Positions 19,991 through 28,605 of a DNA stretch of 64,000 nt are shown here, one piece after another. The notes beneath the pieces are model-generated. The model searched no databases. It was not told the DNA's origin and worked only from the letters and a program-made list of their open reading frames with translations. The position numbers and the translations under genes were made by a program. Source of the DNA: Candidatus Sericytochromatia bacterium (lineage in GTDB: Bacteria; Cyanobacteriota; Sericytochromatia; S15B-MN24; JAQBPE01). Location: the NCBI GenBank assembly GCA_035285125.1, contig JAYKHR010000165.1, positions 70,341-134,340 of the forward strand, read 5' to 3'. The first letter of the stretch is position 1; each line of letters opens with the position of its first letter.

Positions 19991-21148
19991 ATGAAGCCCA
20001 TTCACCTTCTGGCGACGCTGGCCCTGCTGGCTGGCTGTTCGTTGCCTGCCCACACCCCGGTGGCCGGCACCGTGCCCGTGGCGGGCTCCGCCACGGCCGG
20101 CGGCCTGGTCGATCTGCCCGTGGAGCTCCACCTGAAGCAGCCCGGCCGGTCTTACGGCCTGCAGCAGACGCCCGTCGCGTCCGACGTTGTTGCGACAGGC
20201 ACCTACGACTCGGCCAACCTCGGCGCACTCATCCGGGCCGTGACCGTGCAGGTGATCACGGACGGCGTCCCACAGTCCGGCGTGCTGACCGTGCCCTCCC
20301 AGGCCTCGGCCGCCCTGTACCCCTACGCCACGGCGGGCCAGGGCTACGCCCGCTGGGAGATCTTCCGGTTCGCCAACGGCATCACGGCGCCCACGCCGCC
20401 CACAATCACGATCCGCGGCCTGCAACTTGGCAAGCTGCATCGCGCCATCGTGCGGGCGTACGGTGACGGCGTGGTGCCGGCCACCGTGTACGACCCGAAC
20501 GCCGACCCGGCCGCCACGGCCGCCGTGCGCCTCTCCGACGACGCGGAGTCGACGACGGAGCTGGACCTCCGGTCTGGCGCCACCCTGCCCACCAAGGGCA
20601 AGCTGACGCTGAGCCTGTACCCCGTCGAGGCGACGCTGGGGCCCTGGTACGCCGATCCCGACACCGGGGTCTACGGGCGGGCCCAGGCGGACGTGACCGG
20701 CGGCGACTGGATCAGCGCGAACGGCCTGGCGACGGTCACCGTCAACCCGCAACCCGCCACCGAGGCCGTGAGCATCGACTTCGTGGGCACGCAGGCGGCG
20801 CCGCCCGCCACGCTGGATGCGGGTCAGCAAGCTCAGCTGGCCACGCTGAACGACGACGTGGTGAACTGCCTCACCAACGGCGGGGCGCTCAGCACAGAAA
20901 TGGCCAACACCCGGCTGCCGGGTGGCGACAAGGTGCTCTCTATCGAAATCACCCTGGGCTCGACGGTCAACTGCAACGTGCTCCCGAACTACCGGTTCGT
21001 CGAGCGGAACTCGGTACTCGCCTCCGGGGCGACGGGACCCGAGCAAACCAAGCGCGGCTACAAGCTGCTGACGAACATTGGCAATCCGACGCCGTACGTC
21101 GTCAACCTCAAGAACGGCACGATCCTCAGCTACATCAAGTACCAGTAA
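19991..21148 (+). CDS. Uncharacterised lipoprotein (cluster gene 4)
   Basis: MKPIHLLATLALLAGC lipobox; AAGGAG RBS; ITIRGLQLGKLHRAIVRAY. Confidence 0.82.
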   Translation: MKPIHLLATLALLAGCSLPAHTPVAGTVPVAGSATAGGLVDLPVELHLKQPGRSYGLQQTPVASDVVATGTYDSANLGALIRAVTVQVITDGVPQSGVLTVPSQASAALYPYATAGQGYARWEIFRFANGITAPTPPTITIRGLQLGKLHRAIVRAYGDGVVPATVYDPNADPAATAAVRLSDDAESTTELDLRSGATLPTKGKLTLSLYPVEATLGPWYADPDTGVYGRAQADVTGGDWISANGLATVTVNPQPATEAVSIDFVGTQAAPPATLDAGQQAQLATLNDDVVNCLTNGGALSTEMANTRLPGGDKVLSIEITLGSTVNCNVLPNYRFVERNSVLASGATGPEQTKRGYKLLTNIGNPTPYVVNLKNGTILSYIKYQ

Positions 21149-21161
21149 GCCGTTCCACCGC

Positions 21162-21200
21162 GACGCCCCGCCTGCCCCGCGCAGGCGGGGCGTTGTGCTT
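21162..21200 (+). terminator. Intrinsic terminator after lipoprotein genes 1-4
   Basis: gacgccccgcctgc-cccgc-gcaggcggggcgtt then gtgctt. Confidence 0.65.
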
Positions 21201-21356
21201 GGCGGCCCGCGGGAGCGACCGCCCACCTGTCTCCCCGACAGGCACCCGCGCCAGCCGCCCCGAGGTTGATCCGCCGCACAGACCCTCACCCCCGCCGCAG
21301 GCTACAACGGAGATGTGGGGCCGGCTGCGCGCGCCCCCCGTGACCACAGAGGTGTC

Positions 21357-22349
21357 ATGCGACCGGCCAACTCGGGTTCCTACAACATCGCAGGCGGGGC
21401 TGCCAGGCCGCGACAGACGCTTCGGGCTGCCGCGCTCGGGGCCATCTGGGTGGCGGGATGCGCGGCCCCCGGCGGATTCGCCGGCGTGGAGCCCGCGCCC
21501 ACGCCGACGCCGGAGGCCACCCCCATCCCCGGCCGCACCGGGCCGCGGCTGCAAGGCACCGTGAAGCTCCAGGGCCGGGTGATGCCCGGCGTGCAGCTGC
21601 GCGCCTTCGACCTGGCCTCGGGCGCGGGGGTGCCGCTCACGTTCCGCGCGCAGGCCGCCCCAGCGTCCTATGCCTTGCTGCAAGCGATCCCCACCACGAC
21701 GGCCGTCGGAGGATTCAACTTCGCCCTCCCCGCCGTGGCGCCGGAACGCGTCTTGAAGCTGGTCGCCACGCAGGGCGACCGCACCTGGATCGGCCTGTGG
21801 CTGAGCCCCCCCGATCCCCCCCCACAGGGCGCGACGCTGCGGCTGACCGCCACCAGCACGGTGCTGGCCAGGTGTGTGGAAGGGGTGCTGAAGCTCGGGT
21901 TCCGCCTCGGCCCGGCCCGACGGGGCCAGGCCAGCCGGCGAACGCTCGCCCGCCTCGAGGCCCTCACGCCGGGGCTGGAGACCAGCTTCACCCGCGCGCC
22001 CAACAGCGAGCCGCTGGCCCTGCTCAGCGGCAACGTGCCGGGCACCGAGGAGCTGGCGCTGCACAAGGCCCTGCGCGACATCGGCGCGGATGCGGCCCTC
22101 GCCAGCGAGACCACCGCCCTGATGCAAGCCGTGGCGGCCGACCTGGCAGCCGACACCCCCGATGCCGGCGGGCTGTTTCCGCTGCAGGGAATCGACTTCC
22201 CCATCGGAAGGTTCACGCAGGCCTCGGATGGCACCTTCACCTGGGAGGGTCCCGGCGGCGCGGTGGTCACCGGCAAGGCTGGCCGCCCCGACAGCCCGCT
22301 GGTCCCGTTGCTGCCGTCTCCACCCTCAACGAAGCTGGTGATGCCATGA
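21357..22349 (+). CDS. Uncharacterised lipoprotein (cluster gene 5), paralog of 17845-19101
   Basis: ..AIWVAGC lipobox; RLQGTVKL..MPGVQLRAFDLASG, TLRLTATST..VEGVLK, DFPIGRF..DGTF match gene 2. Confidence 0.78.
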   Translation: MRPANSGSYNIAGGAARPRQTLRAAALGAIWVAGCAAPGGFAGVEPAPTPTPEATPIPGRTGPRLQGTVKLQGRVMPGVQLRAFDLASGAGVPLTFRAQAAPASYALLQAIPTTTAVGGFNFALPAVAPERVLKLVATQGDRTWIGLWLSPPDPPPQGATLRLTATSTVLARCVEGVLKLGFRLGPARRGQASRRTLARLEALTPGLETSFTRAPNSEPLALLSGNVPGTEELALHKALRDIGADAALASETTALMQAVAADLAADTPDAGGLFPLQGIDFPIGRFTQASDGTFTWEGPGGAVVTGKAGRPDSPLVPLLPSPPSTKLVMP

Positions 22350-22840
22350 AGCGCCCCCCCCTGTTGCTCGTGGTGGGCTTCCTAGCCTTGGCCGCAGGCT
22401 GCGCCCACCGGGGCCTGGCCGGCCCCCCGGGGCTCGCGTCCGGGGCCGTGACCGTCACCGGACGCGCCGCCGTGGCATCCCCCACGGCCGGCCTGCTGGA
22501 CCCCTACACGGCGACGGACGTGGCCTCGGTGAGCGTCTCGGTCTGGCCGGCGCGCGGCGGCGTGGCCGAGCCCCTGGAGGCCGGCGAGGGGGCAGCCATC
22601 GACCTCGGCGGCGTGATGGGGCTGGACTCCCCGATCGCGATCGGCAACCTGGCCGGTCAGGCCCGCTACAAGGTACGGGTCAGGGCCTTCGACTGGACGG
22701 GGCTGCGAATCGACGACGGCAGCACCGGCTGCATCACGCTCCTGTCCCCCGCCGCGCTGGAGCCCGGCGACGACGTCCCGCTGCGCGTGCGGCTGGGCGA
22801 CAAGGCCACCTGGGCCGACGGGCCGGCAGCCCCCCGCTGA
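22346..22840 (+). CDS. Uncharacterised lipoprotein (cluster gene 6)
   Basis: ATGA overlap with previous gene; MKRPPLLLVVGFLALAAGC; LDSPIAIGNL..QARYKVRVRAF resembles genes 1, 3 and 4. Confidence 0.75.
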   Translation: MKRPPLLLVVGFLALAAGCAHRGLAGPPGLASGAVTVTGRAAVASPTAGLLDPYTATDVASVSVSVWPARGGVAEPLEAGEGAAIDLGGVMGLDSPIAIGNLAGQARYKVRVRAFDWTGLRIDDGSTGCITLLSPAALEPGDDVPLRVRLGDKATWADGPAAPR

Positions 22841-22934
22841 GCCACTGCCTCCCTGTTGCCGCGACGGGCCCTCGCCACCAAGATGGCGCCAAGGGATGCC
22901 GGGTGGTGTCGACCCGGCCGAAAGGAGCGCGAGG

Positions 22935-23222
22935 ATGCGGAGCAGCGTGATCAAGCAGGTGGGGCACCTGGCCTTCGGCGCCGGCGTGGCGTCGGTGGTG
23001 GTCTCGGGCCTGACCTACCTGGCGGGACGGGGACAGCCCGAGTCGGGCAAGCGCAGCACCGGGCAGTTCATCGGCCTCTGGGCGCCCACGCTGTTCATGC
23101 TGGCTGAGATGCTCGACCGCGTGGCCGAGCAGGACGAGAGCTACATGGGCGTGCCGATCCGCCGAGACCTCGACCGGGTGCAGGCCGAGCCCCGCGACGT
23201 GCTGGAGGCCCTCCAGCGGTGA
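22935..23222 (+). CDS. Small two-helix membrane protein
   Basis: AAGGAG RBS; hydrophobic helix then QFIGLWAPTLF. Confidence 0.65.
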   Translation: MRSSVIKQVGHLAFGAGVASVVVSGLTYLAGRGQPESGKRSTGQFIGLWAPTLFMLAEMLDRVAEQDESYMGVPIRRDLDRVQAEPRDVLEALQR

Positions 23223-23235
23223 GCGCCCGGGGGCG

Positions 23236-24552
23236 TCAGGCGCGGGTCGTCGACGCCCCCACCACCGTCGTCAGCGCACGGCGCAGCGCCTCGACGAGCC
23301 GCTCGCAGTCGGCGCGCGTGATCACCATCGGCGGCTGCAGCCGCAGCACGTTGCCGTGCAGCCCGCCGCGGCCGACGATGACGCCATCGTCCTTCATGAG
23401 CTCGAGCACGCACTTGGTGGTGGCCATGTCAGGCGCCTTGCTGCGAGGATCCGCGACAATCTCGACGCCGATCATCAGGCCCCTGCCGCGCACGTCGCCC
23501 ACGACGGGGAACTGTTCCTGCACCCCGCGCAGGCCATCCATCAGGAAGGCCCCGAGCTCAACGGCCCGCTGCATCAGCTGGTGCCGCCCGATGTAATCGA
23601 TGGTGGCGAGGCTCGCGGCCGCCGAGACGGGGTTGCCGCCGAAGGTGTTGATGGTGCCGGCCGTGAGGCTGTCCGCAATCTCCGGCGTGGTGATGCACCC
23701 GCCGATGGCGAAGCCGTTGCCCATGCCCTTCGCCATCGTCACGATGTCCGGCTCGACCCCGTATTGCTCGATGCCGAACCAGGTCCCCGTTCGCCCGAAG
23801 CCGGCCTGCACCTCGTCGATGTGGAACACCATCCCGTAGCGGTTGGCGATCTCGCGCGTGACCTTGAAGTAGTCGGGCGGGGGCGTGACGATGCCCCCCA
23901 CCCCCTGGATCGTCTCGGCGACGAAGGCCGCCGGCGCCCCCGTGGTCTCAGTCTTGATCACGGTCTCGAGGTCTCGGGCACACTCCAAATCACACGACGT
24001 CGGCACCTTGCCGAACGGGCAGCGGTAGCAGTAAGGGTTCTCGGCGAAGGAGATGCCCGGCACGGCGATGGGGTCGACGCGGTACGAGGCGATCGCCGTC
24101 ATGCTCGCCGCCAGCCACGAGCGGCCGTGGTAGGCGTGCTTGAGGGCCACGATCTCGTTGCGCCCCGTGAAGCGCTTGGCAAGGAGCACGGCCGTCTCGT
24201 TGGCCTCCGTGCCGCTGTTGGTGATGATGCTCTTCTGCAGCCGCCCGGGCGTGATATGCGCCAGGCGCTCGGCGAGGTTCACCATCGGCTCCGTGAGGAA
24301 GACGGTGCTGGTGTGCTGCAACCGGCCGACCTGGTCGATCACCTGGGCGTTGACCTCCGGGTTGGAGTGGCCCACGGAGACGGTGCAGATGCCGGCGAAG
24401 AAATCGAGGTACGTCCGCCCCTCGCTGTCGTGGAGGTGCTGCATCTCGCCGCGGACCAGGTTCATCGGCCGGTCGTAGTAGTGGGCGAGGGTGGGGGCCA
24501 TGTAGTGCCTGCGCTTGGCTAGCAGGTCCTCTGGGGTCATGGCGTCGCTCAC
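23236..24552 (-). CDS. Class III PLP aminotransferase (AGXT2 / beta-alanine-pyruvate aminotransferase-like)
   Basis: YLDFFAGICTVSVGH, NSGTEANE, AYHG, ETIQGVGG, DEVQAGFGRTG, MAKGMGNG, NTFGGNP, DVRGRGLM. Confidence 0.92.
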   Translation of the reverse strand: MSDAMTPEDLLAKRRHYMAPTLAHYYDRPMNLVRGEMQHLHDSEGRTYLDFFAGICTVSVGHSNPEVNAQVIDQVGRLQHTSTVFLTEPMVNLAERLAHITPGRLQKSIITNSGTEANETAVLLAKRFTGRNEIVALKHAYHGRSWLAASMTAIASYRVDPIAVPGISFAENPYCYRCPFGKVPTSCDLECARDLETVIKTETTGAPAAFVAETIQGVGGIVTPPPDYFKVTREIANRYGMVFHIDEVQAGFGRTGTWFGIEQYGVEPDIVTMAKGMGNGFAIGGCITTPEIADSLTAGTINTFGGNPVSAAASLATIDYIGRHQLMQRAVELGAFLMDGLRGVQEQFPVVGDVRGRGLMIGVEIVADPRSKAPDMATTKCVLELMKDDGVIVGRGGLHGNVLRLQPPMVITRADCERLVEALRRALTTVVGASTTRA

Positions 24553-24647
24553 AGCGTCTCCCTCCACGACGGGCGTCGGTTCGCCAGGCAGCGCCCCGAC
24601 CCTCGGTCCTCTCCCAACGACATAATACCACGGGCTCGTCCCGACAT

Positions 24648-26312
24648 TCAGGGCTCGCCTGCCCGGGCGGGCGTCGCTGCGCCCGTGCACGCCCCGAAGG
24701 CAGCGTCATCGACGCGGAGCAGCCCGAACAGCCCGCCCGGCGCGAGCCAGCTCGGCGCGAAGGCGTCGGGGCAGGCCCGCAGCAGGGGGTTGAACGACAC
24801 GGCCGTGACGTTGGGCGCCTGGTCCGTGCTTGGCGTCAGGGCGAGGTAACCCACCGGGTGGTCGCGCAGGAAGTGGGCGGTGTCCCCTGCCGGCAGCGGC
24901 GCAAAGGTGCCCGCCGCGTCGACGACGAGCGGCAAGCTGTACCCCTGGCGGCCGGTGTAGAGCCAGATCATCACGTGGTGCTGGCTCAGCACGCGCCCGC
25001 GGGGCGGCACGTGAGACCGCACGGCGGCAAACAGGCGATCCCAGTCCGCCTTGCGAACCAGCAGCGCCTGGCGCCCCGGTCCGAACAGCGCCTGGCCCAC
25101 GGGGTGCAGGTGGAAGGACCACGCCGAGAGCGCGATGGCGGCGACGAGGCCCACGCCGCCGACCCAGCGCACCCAGGCCTGAACCCGACCCCCGCGCCAG
25201 GCCAGCCGGCCCAGGCCCCAGGCCGCGATGGCGAGCGCCGGCGCGGCGGGGAAGAGGAAGCGGGCCTGCACGCCAGGCGCAAACTGCACGAAGCCGAGCG
25301 ACCAGACCAGGCTCATCCCCACCGTCGCCGCCGCGAAGGCCGCCGGCAACTCGGTGCCGGGGGCGAAGCCCGCCGGCCGCCAGAGCCATCGCCCCGTGCC
25401 CACCAGCGCCACGCCTGCGACCACGGCCGCCACGGCCACCGCCCAGCCGCCACCGAAGCCCTTGAGGGGCCACAAACACGCCGCGAGGTCGCCTCCCACC
25501 AGCTGCCCCACCACCATGCTCACCCGCGCCAGCCACCCGTCGACGCCCTGAGGCATCGTCGCGGCGAAGGTGGCGCCGTAGCTTGCGGCCCCACGCTGCG
25601 CGTCATAGGCCATCCAGCCGCCGACCAGGGTCACCACCGGCACGGCCGCCGGCCAGGCCTCGCGCAGGCGCCCCCGGCGCCAGGCCACCCACACCAGGCC
25701 CAGCACCAGCGCCCACCCGGCGGTGCGAACCAGCGTCGCGGACGCCACCAGCAGCCCCCCCCAAAGCCAGCGCGACGCGTCCCCGGGCCTCGGCTCGCGC
25801 AGCGGCCGATCGAGCACCAGCAGGGCCACCCCCACCAGGGCCGCGAAGGGCACATCCGAACGGGTCGTGGCGGCGAACTCGTGGCGCGTGACGTCCAGGG
25901 CAGCCAGGGCCGTGAGGGCCGTGGCCCACCAGGGCCCGAGGCCCCCCACGCGCCGCATCAGGTGCCAGCCCGCGATCAGCGCCACCATGACGCAGGCAGG
26001 CCCCAGCGCCAGGGCGGCCGTGATGGGCTCCGGCGCGACGCGCAGCACCCCAGCGAGGAGCAGGGGATAACCGATGGGGTATCGGGCTGCGGGGGGGGTG
26101 TCAGGAGCCGCCGGATCCACGAAGCCCAGGCCCCCCAGCAGGGCGAGGGCATAAGCGAGGTACTCGGCGTCGTCCCGCGTGACCCCCACGGGGCGGACCG
26201 TGGTGAGCCCGTGCGCGGCGATCGCCGCCGCTGTGGCGAGGCCCACCGCAGCCACCCAGGCTGCGCGCCCCCCCGCCAGGACACGCGCGACGAGAAGCCA
26301 GGCCTCGCTCAC
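24648..26312 (-). CDS. Multi-pass membrane protein, probable GT-C (ArnT/PMT_2-like) glycosyltransferase
   Basis: First-loop RDDAEY, RYPIGYPLLL, RSDVPF, LVRTAG, RFLFP; many TM segments. Confidence 0.65.
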   Translation of the reverse strand: MSEAWLLVARVLAGGRAAWVAAVGLATAAAIAAHGLTTVRPVGVTRDDAEYLAYALALLGGLGFVDPAAPDTPPAARYPIGYPLLLAGVLRVAPEPITAALALGPACVMVALIAGWHLMRRVGGLGPWWATALTALAALDVTRHEFAATTRSDVPFAALVGVALLVLDRPLREPRPGDASRWLWGGLLVASATLVRTAGWALVLGLVWVAWRRGRLREAWPAAVPVVTLVGGWMAYDAQRGAASYGATFAATMPQGVDGWLARVSMVVGQLVGGDLAACLWPLKGFGGGWAVAVAAVVAGVALVGTGRWLWRPAGFAPGTELPAAFAAATVGMSLVWSLGFVQFAPGVQARFLFPAAPALAIAAWGLGRLAWRGGRVQAWVRWVGGVGLVAAIALSAWSFHLHPVGQALFGPGRQALLVRKADWDRLFAAVRSHVPPRGRVLSQHHVMIWLYTGRQGYSLPLVVDAAGTFAPLPAGDTAHFLRDHPVGYLALTPSTDQAPNVTAVSFNPLLRACPDAFAPSWLAPGGLFGLLRVDDAAFGACTGAATPARAGEP

Positions 26313-27460
26313 GGCGCGAGCCCCAGCTCCGCCAGCACCTCAGCCGTGTGCTCACCGAGGCGCGGCGGCGGCCGGTGTGGCCCTGCCGCCGCCGCGGACA
26401 GGCGGTAGGGAGGCCCGGGGGCGCGCACCGTGCCGACGGAGGGGTGCTCGAGCTCCAGCACCAGGCCCTGGCTCACCACGTGGGGATCCGCGAAGACCTG
26501 CGCCAGGTCCTGGATGGGCCCGCAGGGCACGCCCGCCCGCTGAAGGCGGGCCAGCGCCTCCGTCTGCGGCCACGTGGCGAACACGGCCTCGATGGCGGCG
26601 CCGAGCTCGGCCCGGTGGCCGAGGCGTTCGGCGTTGGTGCGGAAGCGGGCGTCCTCGAGCCACTCAGGGTGCCCCAGGGCCTCGGCGAAGCGACGCCAGA
26701 GCCCCTCGTTGCCCACGGCCACGTTGAGATGGCCGTCCGCGCACCGGAAGGTCTCGTAGGGGGCGATGCTGGGGTGTTCATTGCCCTGCCGGTGAGGCGC
26801 CTGGCCCGTGGCGAAGTAGCGCCCGGCCTGAAAGGTGAGCAAGGCCAGCTGCCCGTCGAGCAAGGAGGTGTCCACGAGCTGCCCCGCGCCCGTGCGCTCG
26901 CGGTGGTAGAGCGCCAGCATGATGGCGCTGAAGGCAAACATGCCGGCCGTCAGATCCGCGATGGGGACGCCGACGCGGGTGGGGGGACCGCCCGGCGCCC
27001 CCGTCAGGCTCATCAGGCCCCCCATGCCCTGCAGCACGAGATCGAAGGCCGGGCGATCGCGGTGCGGCCCCGCCTGACCGAAACCCGAGATGGAGGCGAT
27101 CACGAGCCGCGGATGCCTCGCGAGCAGGGCCTCGGGAGCGAAGCCCAGTCGGGCCATCACGCCGGGCGAGAAGTTCTCGATCAGCACGTCGGCCGTGGCG
27201 ATCAGCGCCTCGAGGGCCTCCCGGCCGGCGTCCGACTTGAGGTCCAGCACCACGCTCCGTTTGTTGCGGTTGATGGAGAGGAAGTAGCTGCTTTCCCCCT
27301 CGAGGAAGGGAGGCCCCCAGCCCCGGGCGTCGTCGCCGCGCTCGGGCGCCTCCACCTTGATGACGTCGGCCCCCATGTCGCCGAGCATCATCGCCGCGTA
27401 GGGGCCGGCCAGGGCCCGCGTGAGATCGACGATGCGCAGGCCTTGAAGTGGAGCAGCCAT
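26309..27460 (-). CDS. CaiB/BaiF family (class III) CoA-transferase
   Basis: IVDLTRALAGP, LGDMGADVIKVE, NRNKRS, ENFSPG, SGFGQ.GP, PAFD, PPRLGEHT. Confidence 0.95.
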   Translation of the reverse strand: MAAPLQGLRIVDLTRALAGPYAAMMLGDMGADVIKVEAPERGDDARGWGPPFLEGESSYFLSINRNKRSVVLDLKSDAGREALEALIATADVLIENFSPGVMARLGFAPEALLARHPRLVIASISGFGQAGPHRDRPAFDLVLQGMGGLMSLTGAPGGPPTRVGVPIADLTAGMFAFSAIMLALYHRERTGAGQLVDTSLLDGQLALLTFQAGRYFATGQAPHRQGNEHPSIAPYETFRCADGHLNVAVGNEGLWRRFAEALGHPEWLEDARFRTNAERLGHRAELGAAIEAVFATWPQTEALARLQRAGVPCGPIQDLAQVFADPHVVSQGLVLELEHPSVGTVRAPGPPYRLSAAAAGPHRPPPRLGEHTAEVLAELGLAP

Positions 27461-27516
27461 GGGGGGGTCCTCAGGTGGGCCACGGTGGGCCCCCTGGCGG
27501 TGGGGGGCCAGCAGCC

Positions 27517-28389
27517 TCAGGGCAACAGCTCGGCGAGATCCTGGTAGGTCTCGGGCCGGCGGTCGCGGTAGAACTGCCACGTGTGGCGGGTCGCCTTGAT
27601 GTCGTCGAGGTCCAGCTCCGCCACGAGGAGCTCGTCCTGGTCGCGGGAGGCCGTCGCCAGGAACTGGCCGCGGGGGTTCACGAAGTAGCTCTGCCCATAG
27701 AACTCGCCGATGTTCCAGGGGGCCTCGGTGCCGACGCGGTTGATGGCCCCCACGAAGTAGCCGTTGGCGACGGCGTGGGCCGGCTGCTCGAGCTTCCAGA
27801 GGTACTCGGACAGCCCGGCCACGGTGGCCGATGGGTTGAAGACGATCTCGGCACCGTTGAGGCCGAGCAGCCGGGCCCCCTCGGGGAAGTGCCGGTCATA
27901 GCAGATGTACACGCCCACATCCGCGTAGCGGGTCTTGAAGACGGGGTACCCGAGGTTCCCGGGCTTGAAGTAGAACTTCTCCCAGAAGCCCGGGTGGGTG
28001 TGGGGAATGTGTTGCTTGCGGTACTGTCCGAGCACCGTGCCGTCGGCATCGATGACAGCAGCCGTGTTGTAGTAGTTGCCGGTGCCGACCTCCTCGTAGT
28101 AGGGCAACACGATCACCATCTGGTGCTGCTTGGCGAGGGCCTGGAACCGCTGGACCGTCGGGCCGTCGGCGCGTTCGGCCGAGCCATACCAGCGGGTGTT
28201 CTGTTCAGCGCAGAAGTACGGCCCGTAGAAAATCTCCTGGAAACAGAGGATCTGCACGCCCTGCGCAGCCGCCTGCTCCACGAAGCGCACGTGCTTGTCG
28301 ATCATGTGCTGCTTGATGGCCTCGAGGGGGCGATCGCTCGCGACGTCGCAAGCCGCCTGCAAGAGCCCACAGCGGACGTTCCTGGCCAT
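27517..28389 (-). CDS. Nitrilase-superfamily hydrolase, probable beta-ureidopropionase (N-carbamoyl-beta-alanine amidohydrolase)
   Basis: CFQEIFYGPYFCAEQ, YRKQHIP, FWEKFYFKPGNLGYPVF, ICYDRHFPEG, WQFYRDRRPETY. Confidence 0.88.
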   Translation of the reverse strand: MARNVRCGLLQAACDVASDRPLEAIKQHMIDKHVRFVEQAAAQGVQILCFQEIFYGPYFCAEQNTRWYGSAERADGPTVQRFQALAKQHQMVIVLPYYEEVGTGNYYNTAAVIDADGTVLGQYRKQHIPHTHPGFWEKFYFKPGNLGYPVFKTRYADVGVYICYDRHFPEGARLLGLNGAEIVFNPSATVAGLSEYLWKLEQPAHAVANGYFVGAINRVGTEAPWNIGEFYGQSYFVNPRGQFLATASRDQDELLVAELDLDDIKATRHTWQFYRDRRPETYQDLAELLP

Positions 28390-28546
28390 GTTCGGACACC
28401 TCCGGGAAGGGGGTACGCGACGCCGGACGCGGGGGAAGGCACCCCAGGGCCGACGCAGCGACGGATGCGGGCCAGCGCGGAAGGGGGGCGCGGCGCTGAC
28501 GGGGCGATTCTGAAGCACCGACGCAGCGCCGTCAAGCAAGCCGAAA

Positions 28547-28586
28547 GCGCCCCTCTCCCCCGGCGCGACCGGGTGGAGAGGGGCGC
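28547..28586 (-). terminator. Intrinsic terminator after NHL lipoprotein
   Basis: gcgcccctctcc...ggagaggggcgc stem, followed on minus strand by tttcggctt. Confidence 0.6.
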
Positions 28587-28605
28587 CGCGCCGGGCGGAC
28601 CAGCC

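Noticed and set aside
19427..21289. 620-aa minus-strand ORF
   Set aside because: Shadow of lipoprotein genes 3-4, which have RBS, lipoboxes and typical codon bias.
21458..22345. N-terminal 296 aa of ORF 21458..22840
   Set aside because: Overlaps gene 5 in another frame; the real gene starts at ATG 22346 with a lipoprotein signal.
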